A DNA stretch of 64,000 nucleotides, from NCBI RefSeq assembly GCF_035084215.1, contig NC_090326.1:48050001-48114000 (forward strand). The letters are read 5' to 3'. A program made the position numbers and the translations under genes. The notes beneath the pieces were generated by a model. That model made no database searches and had not been told where the DNA came from. It saw only the letters and a list, made by a program, of their open reading frames with translations. Shown here piece after piece: positions 12,950-24,653 of this stretch (positions are counted from its first letter, which is position 1; every line of letters starts with the position of its first letter). Origin of the DNA: Heptranchias perlo. Lineage: Eukaryota.

Positions 12950-13007
12950 CTGCAGCCTATAGTTTTCCCCATATTTTTCTTATGATGAATCGCTTGCTGT
13001 TGTCCAT
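12950..13007 (-). CDS. ZCCHC2: ZCCHC2 exon (probable 8): (D)GQQQAIHHKKNMGKTIGC
   Basis: tttctag acceptor, GTAAGT donor, 58 nt, phase 1/2. Resembles human DVLQHAIIHKKHTGK. Confidence 0.88.
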
Positions 13008-14268
13008 CTAGAAAAATATCAAAAATCATATTTACAAATAATCTTCCAAACTTTTCCACCTTAAAATGGCTAAACCAGGTCAATTTCTATTGCCCCCCCA
13101 CCCTGATTTGCAAGGATCTTCTAGTGGCAGAATTATATTATGTGTAACTCTTACTTTCAGTTTTGTGATCAAAAACCAGGTAGCCTCAAATTGCATTTTG
13201 TACTAGGCTACCCTTGCATGAAAAAATGATGTCTTGGGAGGACTGGAAAGTCAGGATAATGAGAAATGACTAGTAGATACTGACTACATTGATGAGAGCA
13301 GAGAAATGATGACCACTGGAATGCTAACAATTTGTGGTAAAAGGAATACTCAAGACAAATCTTCACAATGCCACATGTGTTTCAAATTACAGCCACGTAT
13401 AGAATTTTTGAAAATTTCACCTCATGAGTTAGCTAGCCACCCTGCCATCTCTGACATGTGAAGGGTGCAGAAACAGAACAGAATTGGGATCATTTAAGAC
13501 TCAGCTCTAGGCTCCACTTTTTAAAAAAGAAAATTGTAAAGCCTCAGACTATTCCTTTAAAAATGCGATTTGAACCTATAAATATTTTTCATGCAACAGC
13601 ACCACTAGCTGATCACATTAAGTACCATATTAACTTCAATTGCATTAGCACGGCAACTGCCACTTAGATAAATACATGCGTTTACTTGATTCTTTTCCTA
13701 ACCAGAAATGTCCAGAGTTATTTTAACTGTAGCAGATTTTTTTTTTGGGGGGGGGGGCAGAAATAATGAGAAAGAAATAAAAGTTGCATAGGCAGTTGGC
13801 TTCTCTCATCTCACCCAAGTTCAAAAGGGGCTGAAACCCGATTCTACTTGAACTGAAAATTGAACTTGAACTTTACATGTCGTAAAGCGTTAAAGTACAG
13901 GTTAAAAACAACGATTCTAAGAGAAAAACAGAAACAAATACTAGTTAACTGAAAATAAGTACTTCACATCGCAGTGCTCATACTCCACATGGTGCTCTTT
14001 TCATGTCAAGGGCCCCACAATCCAATTAAGAGAATAGTGGTCAGCCTTGCTGTGCTTTTCCCCCAAATTATTTACTGAGAACAGTTATTGTTATAATAAT
14101 CATTCATGACAAAAATGCCACAAGTCAGGCAATGCTTTCTTCATTAGTACGCCTAGAAGGAACTACAAAGTGCTGGTGCATATTCAATATTACCTATATA
14201 GATTTCCCAATTAATTAGCAGGGCAAGGGTTAAAAAGCACATGAAGCACAGTATGTAAAGCCATGTAC

Positions 14269-14352
14269 CTTCTTCCTGGCTGGAAGCCTCAGAACTGTCT
14301 TCTTTGAAGTGTTCTGCAGACTTAGACAACTTTAACGCTGGCTGTAAATTAG
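14269..14352 (-). CDS. ZCCHC2: ZCCHC2 exon (probable 7): (T)NLQPALKLSKSAEHFKEDSSEASSQEE
   Basis: ttttctgcag acceptor, GTACAT donor, 84 nt, phase 1/1. KEDSSEASSQEE is identical to the recalled human sequence. Confidence 0.93.
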
Positions 14353-14649
14353 CTGCAGAAAAAATTAGATACAATTTTTTAAAAATTAAACTAACATCTT
14401 ACCATGTTTATAATACTCCAGTGAAACAGTAACAAAGCCAGTTATGTTAATTCAAGCTAATTACAGGTGCATACACAACTCCAATAAGGTCTCGTGTTCC
14501 TGCAGTGAAAAGATTTCAAGATGTTTCCCTCTCCTAACCTGTCAAGTTTTCTCCTTTTCTGAAGTGTAGACTCTTTTTGCGAGAGCTCCAAAGGCCCTAG
14601 GCACCCTTTAGTAGCTCACTCAAGTAGCTTTTCTTCACGAGCCTAGAAC

Positions 14650-15135
14650 ATTCCTCCACCCCTGCCTCAGCCTGTCGTTGAAATCATCATCCTTGTTTAG
14701 TCACTTCCAGATTTGACTATTCCAGTGCTCTCCCGGCCACCCTACAACCACCATAAACACCAGCTCATCTAAAATTCTGCCGCTTATATTCTAACATGCA
14801 TCAACTCCCACTCACCCATTCCCCCTATCCTCATTGACCTACATTGGCTTCCAGTCCTCCAAAGCAACAAATTTAAAATGAACTCTCTCCATAGCCTTGC
14901 TCCTTCCTATGTTTGCAATCTCCTTCAGCACTTGAACCACCAAACTCTCCGTTCCTGAATCAGGCCTCATGCTTCCGCTCTTCCTTCACCCCATCATTGG
15001 CAAACTTATACTCATCAACCTAGGCTCTGGTGCTCTAGAATTCCCTCCCTACAACTCTGCATGTCCAACTCCCTCTCCTTTGTTAAGGTTCTCCTTGGAG
15101 CCTAACTCTTCAACTAAACTTATGGTCACCCCTCC
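14650..15135 (+). mobile_element. L2-type LINE 3' fragment nested in an old SINE-like repeat (14530-15260)
   Basis: Same family as 4650-5195 in the opposite orientation (gacctacattggcttcc). Confidence 0.75.
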
Positions 15136-15269
15136 TTAACCCAGAGACATTGAGGCCAATTGCATGGCAAATATTAATTCCCCACCCTCGATCGCTAACT
15201 CTATATGGATTGGAGATCAAACCCTAAGACCACTCTCATGAGAAGTAGCTCAGCTACTTATGATCTTAA

Positions 15270-15630
15270 ATAACACAAAACACTCAGAAGAGAAAACACA
15301 TTTATTTTTTGGGTGTAAACTATTTTTCATCAAAACTGAAAAAGATAAGCAAGCATTTTAGGAAGGTTGGAAAAAAGAAAAAAAAAGAAACAGGTACTCT
15401 GATTGGACAGAACAATTTAAAGGGTTGAATACTGTCAGGTAACTGTCTTATATTAAGCAATTTGAAGATTGTCCCCTCTCCCTTTTCTCTTCCTTCTGAC
15501 CTTACTAATATGCTTGCTTTTAGTTTTCAGTTGTGATGAAGAGCTATCCCTGAAATGCTGACTTGTCATTTCTCTTTGCAGATGCCAATTGGCCTGTGTA
15601 TTTCCAGCAATCTGTTTTCAGATTTAGTTT
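15270..15630. mobile_element. Degenerate inverted pair of Penelope-like terminal repeats
   Basis: 15530-15625 resembles 51090-51220, and 15285-15355 is a decayed reverse complement of 15510-15575. Confidence 0.55.
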
Positions 15631-15804
15631 TTTTTCCCTCAGTTTTAACTAGCTGAGTCAAGGGGAGCCCAAGACTTAAAAAAACACCATGAAGTTGAAT
15701 TGTATCTTACAATGTTCCTGCAAGCAAACAGATGAAGCATGCACATACTCCATGTTTATTTCATCAAAGGATTTCATCAATCCCGCATAACGTTGGTTAC
15801 TTAC

Positions 15805-15899
15805 TGTGGTGCTGACTGTAGTCAGATGACTTCCCAAAGAAGAATTCACGAACATGTTCACTTTTTAAGAAAGCTCGCGATGGAGACAAAAACAGTTGC
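15805..15899 (-). CDS. ZCCHC2: ZCCHC2 exon (probable 6): (R)QLFLSPSRAFLKSEHVREFFFGKSSDYSQHH
   Basis: cattag acceptor, GTAAGT donor, 95 nt, phase 2/1. Resembles human [21 protein letters not shown]. Confidence 0.9.
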
Positions 15900-17064
15900 C
15901 TAATGAATAAGGACAGAGATCATCTTACTATATGTAACATTCCACACCAGAAGCAAAATACTGTGTATAGAATTAGCACTTAACCTGGTCTAATTAGTCA
16001 GTTATAGTGTCATAGGGATACAGCACTGATCCTCAAATCAGCATTAAATAAGCTAACTCAGCTCTTTCTGCTGTGCAACTACTAGGTACAATATTAGGAA
16101 CAAGAACCAAAGCTGACCCAAAAAGAATTCCCGTCTGATAGTGTTTCTTACTGGTTAATAACACTCCTCTTATTCTAGCTTTACAAGTACAGGCCCCATT
16201 TATATAGCAGCAGGGCCAAGTTACACTATGTGCTTACAATGCTTGGAGGACTCCACTAATGTGCATTCAGAACAGGGAGCAGTGCAAGGTTTAAAAATAA
16301 AATCCAATCAATTCATGGACTTTGTGCCAGTTATATTGTGAACAGCAGCAATAAAATTTATACAAGACCACCTGGTAGCCACTAGTTATTACTGTATTTG
16401 GTTGTATTGCATTTTGAGGGCAGAAGTGGCCCAAAAGGAATCTAACACGTTATAACAGTTCTTCCATTTCAGCCATTACCCTTCCGTTCAGAAGCAGAAT
16501 TGGAAGGCAATAATATTAACCACCATAAATAAGCTCAAATCATGCAGTAGGAATAGTTTATACCTTGACATGTGCTATACAATAGAGGCAGGATAGGACT
16601 AGACAGGTGAAGATTTGGCTAGAGACATGGTGCAGGAGGGAAGGGTTTAGATATTTGAAGCAGAGTCTCCTCCAGTCCTACAATTTGGCACAAACAGGAT
16701 AGTTTTCACCTGAACCATAATGGCACCAATATGCCAATGGAGAACAGTGGTGGTGAATCAAAATTAGTATGGCAAGGAGAGGGACATTTAAATATCAGGA
16801 AAGAGACAGCATAGAACTGAACCACATAGCAAGCATACTGAAAATAGGGACTTTAAAAGGAGGTTAAGAATTAAAACAGATTGAGGTGAATGGGAACGGC
16901 AGGGAGGATTACCTGAAGGAGTGAAGGCAAATGTCTTAAAATAACGTGCACAAATGCATGAAGCATCAAAAATAAATCAGGTGATCTGGAGCTCTATGGT
17001 GGCAAAATGGATTATGATATTCTAGTACAGATACAAAGTGGGGATGCATCCCAAAGAATTTTTT

Positions 17065-18243
17065 TTTAAAAATTCATTCATGGGATGTGGGCGTCGCTGG
17101 CGAAGCCAGCATTAATTGCCCATCCCTAATTGCCCTTGAGAAGGTGGCGGTGAGCCGCCTTCTTGAACCGCTGCAGTCTGTGTGGTGAAGGTTCTCCCAC
17201 AGTGCTGTTAGGAAGGGAGCTCCAGGATTTTGACCCAGCGACGATGAAGGAACGGCAATATATTTCCAAGTCGGGATGGTGTGAGACTTGGAGGGGAACG
17301 TGCAGGTGATGTTCCCATGCGCCTGCTGCTCTTGTCCTTCTAGGTGGTAGAGGTCGTGGGTTTGGGAGGTGCTGTCGAAGAAGCTTTGGCGAGTTGCTGC
17401 AGTGCATCCTATGGATGGTACACACTGCAGCCACTGTCCGCCGGTGTGAAGGGAGTGAATGTTTAGGGTGGTGGATGGGGTGCCAATCAAGCGGGCTGCT
17501 TTGTCCTGGATGGTGTCGAGCTTCTTGAGTGTTGTTGGAGCTGCACTCATCCAGGCAAGTGGAGAGTATTCCATCACACTCCTGACTTGTGCCTTGTAGA
17601 TGGTGGAAAGGCTTTGGGGAGTCAGGAGGTGAGTCACTCGCCGCAGAATACCCAGGCTCTGACCTGCTCTTGTAGCCACAGTATTTATATGGCTGGTCCA
17701 GTTAAGTTTCTGGTCAATGGTGACCCCCAGGATGTTGATGGTGGGGGATTTGGCGACGGTAATGCCGTTGAATGTCAAAGGGAGGTGGTTAGACTCTCTC
17801 TTGTTGGAGATGGTCATTGCCTGGCACTTGTCTGGCGCGAATGTTACTTGCCACTTATCAGCCCAAGCCTGGATGTTGTCCAGGTCTTGCTGCATGCGGG
17901 CTCGGATTGCTTCGTTATTAGAGGGGTTGCGAATGGAACTGAACACTGTGCAATCATCAGCGAACATCCCCATTTCTGACCTTATGATGGAGGGAAGGTC
18001 ATTGATGAAGCAGCTGAAGATGGTTGGGCCTCGGACACTGCCCTGATGAACTCCTGCAGCAATGTCCTGGGGCTGAGATGATTGGCCTCCAACAACCACT
18101 AACATCTTCCTTTGTGCTAGGTATGACTCCAGCCACTGGACTTTTCCCCGATTCCCATTGACTTCAATTTTACTAGGGCTCCTTGGTGCCACACTCGGTC
18201 AAATGCTGCCTTGATGTCAAAGGCAGTCGCTTTCACCTCACCT
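17065..18243 (-). mobile_element. Second LINE lineage (CR1/L2 group, 'LINE-B'), 5'-truncated
   Basis: RT ORF 17074-18192 with QGSVRGP, MFADD and YKAQVRSVMEY; A-rich tail. Confidence 0.93.
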
Positions 18244-18377
18244 ATATAGTTTGATATGCAAGGATCGAGGTAGGCCACAAGGAGTGGTGTTTTTGTGTAC
18301 AGCTACAAATGCCCTACTGAATCCAGGGTTAATTGAGATAAGGAAAATAAGTTAGTTGTTGAGATCTGTAACAGGTT

Positions 18378-19630
18378 AAATCATAGAATCATAGAAGTTA
18401 CAACATAGAAACAGGCCCTTCGGCCCAACATGTCCAAGTCGCCCAGTTTATACCACTAAGCTAGTCCCAATTGCCTGCACTTGGCCCATATCCCTCTATA
18501 CCCATCTTACCCATGTAACTGTCCAAATGCTTTTTAAAAGACAAAATTGTACCCGCCTCTACTACTGCCTCTGGCAGCTCGTTCCAGACACTCACCACCC
18601 TTTGAGTGAAAAAATTGCCCCGCTGGACCCTTTTGTATCTCTCCCCTCTCACCTTAAATCTATGCCCCCTCGTTATAGACTCCCCTACCTTTGGGAAAAG
18701 ATTTTGACTATCTACCTTATCTATGCCCCTCATTATTTTATAGACTTCTATAAGATCACCCCTAAACCTCCTACTCTCCAGGGAAAAAAGTCTCAGTCTA
18801 TCCAACCTCTCCCTATAAGTCAAACCATCAAGTCCCGGTAGCATCCTAGTAAATCTTTTCTGCACTCTTTCTAGTTTAATAATATCCTTTCTATAATAGG
18901 GTGACCAGAACTGTACACAGTATTCCAAGTGTGGCCTTACTAATGTCTTGTACAACTTCAACAAGACATCCCAACTCCTGTATTCAATGTTCTGACCAAT
19001 GAAACCAAGCATGCTGAATGCCTTCTTCACCACCCTATCCACCTGTGACTCCACTTTCAAGGAGCTATGAACCTGTACTCCCAGATCTCTTTGTTCTATA
19101 ACTCTCCCCAACGCCCTACCATTAACGGAGTAGGAACTGGCCCGATTTGATCTACCAAAATGCATCACCTCACATTTATCTAAATTAAACTCCATCTGCC
19201 ATTCATCGGCCCACTGGCCCAATTTATCAAGATCCCGTTGCAATCCTAGATAACCTTCTTCACTATCCACAATGCCACCAATCTTGGTGTCATCTGCAAA
19301 CTTACTAACCATGCCTCCTAAATTCTCATCCAAATCATTAATATAAATAACAAATAACAGCAGACCCAGCACCGATCCCTGAGGCACACCGCTGGTCACA
19401 GGCCTCCAGTTTGAAAAACAACCCTCGACAACCACCCTCTGTCTTCTGCCGTCAATCCAATTTTGTATCCAACTGGCTACCTCACCTTGGATCCCGTGAG
19501 ATCTAACCTTATGTAACAACCTACCATGCGGTACCTTGTCAAAGGCTTTGCTAAAGTCCATGTAGACCACGTCTACTGCACAGCCCTCATCTATCTTCTT
19601 GGTTACCCCTTCAAAAAACTCAATCAAATC
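18378..19630 (-). mobile_element. Young CR1 LINE, 5'-truncated, uninterrupted 388-aa RT ORF
   Basis: DFSKAFD, PQGSVLG and KFADD motifs; (ATTCTATG)n tail; near-identical to 55853-56995. Confidence 0.97.
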
Positions 19631-19847
19631 AGAATGAGGCTATGGCTGCTGAGCTATGCAAACAGACTAGGGTGGCATTTTGAGTATGAATACGATGGTC
19701 ATTGGTGGTGGGGGGGGGGTTTAAATTTACCAGGATTAACCATGAGGACTAAGGTGGGAACAAAAGCCACCTTACAGTTTGTGGCTATGTCCAGGATTTA
19801 CTTCCTGGACTTGGCCACAAACTGTCTTTTGAACCAGATGGAGCATG

Positions 19848-20279
19848 AAAAAGAAAAGACAGACTTTAATTTATATAGCACCTTTCACAATGTCCCAAAG
19901 CACTTTACAGCCACTGAAGTACTTTTAAAGTGTAGTCACTGCTGTATGAAACACTGCAGCCAATTTGTGCACAGCAAGGTCCCACAAACAGCAATGTGAT
20001 AATGACCAGATAATCTGTTTTAGTGATGTTGGTTGAGGGACAAATATTGGCCAAGACATCAGGGACTCAAATAGTGCCACAGGATCTTTAACATCCACCT
20101 GAGGGGGCAGATAGGGCCTCGGTTTAATGTCTCATCCGAAAGATAGCACCTCAGACAGTGCAGCACTCTCAGTACTGCACTGGAGTGCAGCCTAGAATTT
20201 GTGCTCAAGTCTCTGGAATGGGGCTTGAACCTACAACCTTCTGACTCAGAGGCAAAAGTGCTACCAACTGAGCCAAGGC
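19848..20279 (-). mobile_element. tRNA-derived DeuSINE (SacSINE1-like), near full length
   Basis: Head has box A tggctcagttggtag and box B ggttcaagcc; Deu-domain-like tctttcggatgagacattaaaccgaggccc; L2-like tail. Confidence 0.85.
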
Positions 20280-23200
20280 AAATAACTGAGGGAATAGTAA
20301 CTCTGGACCTGGTTTTATGTAATAAACCATACATGTCCTAGAAATTACATGTTAAAAACATTAACTAGTATTGAATCTGGTGGCAGACTTGCCATGGATA
20401 AGGAGTACAATGAAGACTTTAGATTTTCAAGTAGATGATGTTGAGGGGAAATGAGGAAGTAGTTAATGAAGCGGGACTGAAATATATTAGAGGGATAAAG
20501 TTCGGAGAAGTGCTAAACTTTTAAATGCACCATGCTGCAACTACAAAGTTAATGTACACCATTGGTTAAGAAGCAATAGGAGCAAGTGGAAACCCAGAGA
20601 CATCAAAGAGAGATGATGCAAGGAATAGGGCAAGAAAGGAGTATGTACCTCAAATATAGATCTTCAAGTTCTGTGATAGACAGACATGAGTATAAGGATA
20701 GGGTGAAGACCATTTTTTTAAAAATTGAGCTTCTAAAAAAAAATTAGGATTGCAGGGAGTATAAAATGCTTCTGTAAGTACATCTGGAGTAAACGGGGTC
20801 AAGGAAGCAGTAGTGCCATTGAAAGGCACAGATGTGGAATTAGGCAGCCAAAAATAGTGGATATCCTGAACAACTGTTTTAAAACCAATGCTATTCATGA
20901 AAGGCTTCTTCCATGACCGCCAATTAAAAAACAATTGTTTAGGATAGTTGTCATTTCCAGATTTCCCGATTCTGCATCTACCACTGTGTCTTTTTAATGC
21001 TCTACTACTCTTCTCCTGGAAATAAGGGTTGATTTTCCAAGAAATGAGGAGAAAACTTTAAGGACAACAGTAATTATTGATGAGGAAATGATAGAAATAT
21101 TGAAGACACTGAAGAAGAATAAGGCATAAGGTTGGATGACCTGCACACAATAGTATATAAGGCAATGGCTGACAAAACCAATGGCTGATAAATCAGTCAA
21201 GTTTTGGCAGGGATCTTTAGAGAATCATAGAATTGCAAGTTGTACCTAAAATTGAGAAGGATACAAACACCTATTTTTTTTTTTTAAAAAGCAAAAAGGC
21301 ATATTCCAGAAATTACAGACTGGTGAGCCTGACATGTCATGGGTAAAGCGTATGGGGCTGTCCTGAAAAAGGGAATTGTGAAACACCAAGGAGTATGAAG
21401 TAATCAGGACAAGTCAGCATAGCTTGCGGGGAGAGGAACAATGGTGCTCGATAAACCTGTTAGAATTCATTGAGGAGGTACCAAAGCTTGCGAATAAAGG
21501 GAACTTCGTGGACATTGTTTATCTAGAATTCAGAAAAGCATCTGATTCAGTGGCACATAGGAGGTTGGTCAATAAGGTAGAAAAGTATGGAATAAGTGGG
21601 CAGTTATTGAAGCGCATTGGCCACTAGCTGCATATGGGGACAGGGGGCGGTGGGAAGTGACTAGGTGCCCATGGATCAGTGCTGGAACCATTGTTACTCA
21701 CATTGCATATCAATGATTTGGAAGTGGGAATAAAGGCAAAACAGTCAAAAGTGAGATCATGACACAAAGGTGATGATGGTGGATAGAAAGGTTGTGAACA
21801 AGAGCAGGCTCATCAGGCACAGAGGATTTAGATAGATTGAGATGCTAAGCTGAGAAATGGCAAATTAAATTTAGTGCTGTCAAGTGCAAAGTAATGAGTG
21901 TATGAAAGAATAAATAGTCTACAAGGTACAATATAGGAAAATGAACAGATGACAGATTATCAAACCATCTGTGGCAGCAGTAAATAAGACATAGGATCAT
22001 AGAAAATAGGAGCAAGAGTAGGCCATTCGGCCCTGCTCCGCCATTCAAAATGATCATGGCTGATCGTCTAACTCAGTACCCTGTTCCCGCTTTTTCCCCA
22101 TATCCCTTGATCCCTTTAACATTAAGAAATATATCTATCTCCTTCTTGAATATATTTAATGACTTGGCCTCCACTGCCTTTCGTGGTAGAGAATTCCACA
22201 GGTTCACCACCCTCAGTGAAGAAAATTCTCCTCATCTTTGTTCTAAATGGCATACCCGTATCCTGAGACTGTGATCCCTGGTTGTGGATTCCCCATCCAT
22301 CAGGAACATCCTCCCTGCATCTAGTCTGTCTAGTCCTGTTAGAATTTTATATGTTTCGATGAGATCACCTCTCATTCTTCTAAACTCTAGTGAATATAGG
22401 CCTAGTCGACCCAATCTCTCCTCATAAGTCAATCCTGTCATCCCAGGAATCAGTCTGGTAAACCTTCGTTGCACTCCCTCCATGGCAAGGAGACCAAAAC
22501 TGCACACAATACTCCAGATGTGGTCTCACCAAGGCCCTGTACAACTGCAGTAAGACATCCCTGTTCCTGTACTCAAATCCTCTTGCAATGAAGGCCAACA
22601 TGCCATTCGCCTTCCTAACTGCTTGCTGCACCTGAATTCCCGCTTTCAGTGACTGGTGTACAAGGACACCTAGCTCTCATTGCACATCCCCTTTTTCCAA
22701 TCCATTCAGATAATAATCTGTCTTTCTGTTTTTACAACCAAAGTGGATAACCTCACATTTATCCACGTTATACTGCATCTGCCATGTTCTTGCCCACTCA
22801 CCCAACTTGCCTAAATTACATTGGAGCCTCTTTGCATCCTCCTCACAGATCACATTCCACCCCAGCTTTGTGTCGTCTGCAAACTTGGAAATGTTACATT
22901 TAGTTCCCTTATCCAAATCATTGATATATATTGTGAATAGCTGGGGCCCAAGCACTGATCCCTGCAGTACCCCACTAGTCACTGCCTGCCACCCAGAAAA
23001 AGACCCATTTATTCCTGCTCTCTGTTTCCTGTCTGTCAACCAATTCTCAATCCATGCCAGTATATTCCCCCCAATCCCATGTGCTTTAATTTTGCACACT
23101 AACCTCTTGTGTGAGACCTTATCAAAAGCCTTCTGAAAATCCAAGTACACCACATCCACTGGTTCTCCCCTTTCTATTCTACTAGTTACATCCTCAAAAA

Positions 23201-24653
23201 ACTCCAGTAGATTTGTTAAGCATGATTTCCCATTCATAAACCCATGCTGACTTTGTCTAATCCCATTAATGCCTTCCAAGTGTTCTGTTATCACATCCTT
23301 TATAATAGACTCTAGCATTTTCCCCCACTACTGATGTTAGGCTAACTGGTCTGTAATTCCCTGTTTTTTCTCTCCTTCCGTTTTTTAAATAATGGGGTTA
23401 CATTTGCCACCCTCCAATCTGTAGGAACTGTTCGAGTCTATAGAATTTTGGAAGATGACCACCAATGCATCCACTATTCCCAGGGCCACTTCCTTTAGTA
23501 ATCTGGGATGTAGATTATCAGGCCCTGGGGGTTTGTCAGCCTTTAGCCCCATTAATTTCCCTAGCATATTTTTTTTAACCAATACTGATTTCCTTCCGTT
23601 CCTCCCTCTCACGAGACCCTTGGTTCCCTAATATTTCAGGGAGGTTATGTGTGTCCTCCTTTGTGAAGACAGAACCAAAGTATGTGTTTAATTGTTCTGC
23701 CATTTCTTTGTTCCCTATTATAATTTCCCCCATCTGACTGTAAGGGACCTACATTTGTCTTCACTAATATTTTTCTCTTAACATATTTACAGAAGCTTTT
23801 ACAGTCAGTTTTTAATGTTCCCTGCTAGTTTACTCTCATACTCTATTTTTCCCCTCTTAAATCAATCTCTTTGTTCTCCTTCACTGAATTCTAAACTGCT
23901 CCCAATCCTCAGGCTTGCCGCTTTTTCTGGCAAATTTATATGTCTCCTCTTTGGACCTAATACTATCCCTAATTTCTTTTGTAAGCCACGATTGAGCCAC
24001 CTTTCCGGTTTTATTTTTGTGCCAGACAGGAATGAATAATTGTTGTAATTCCTGCACACTTTCTTTAACTATTAGTCATTGCCTATCCACAGTCATCCCT
24101 TTTAGTAAAGTTCCCCAATCTATCCGAGCCAACTCACACCTCATATCTTCATAATTTCCTTTATTTAGATTCAGGACCCTAGTTTCAGTTTCAACTACTT
24201 CACTCTCCATCTTAATGGGGAATTCTATCATGTTATGGTCGCTCTTCCCTAAGGGACCCCGCACAACAAGATTGTTAATTAATCCTTTCTCATTGCACAA
24301 TACTCAGTCTAGGAGCGCCTGTTCTCTAGTTGGTTCCTCAACATATTGGTCCAGAAATCAATCACGTACACATTCCAGGAATTCCTCCCCCACTGTATTA
24401 TTGCTAATTTGGTTTGACCAATCAATATGTAAATTAAAGTCATCCTTGATTATAGTTGTACCCTTCTTGCATGCATCTCTAATTTCCTGTTTAATGCCCT
24501 CCCCAACATTTCCACTACTGTTAGGGGGCCTATAGACAAGCCCCACCGTTTTCTGCCCCTTGGTGTTTCTTAGCTCCACCCATACAGATTCCACATCGTG
24601 ATTTTCCGAGCCAATATCCTTCCTCACTATTGCATGATTTGCTCCTTTACTAA

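Noticed and set aside
17587-18046. Antisense ORFs in LINE-B (also 29065-29400 and 44616-45068)
   Set aside because: Shadow frames of the RT, recurring only because the element is repeated.
20205-20279. tRNA gene
   Set aside because: The A/B boxes are the head of a SINE, contiguous with its body and tail.
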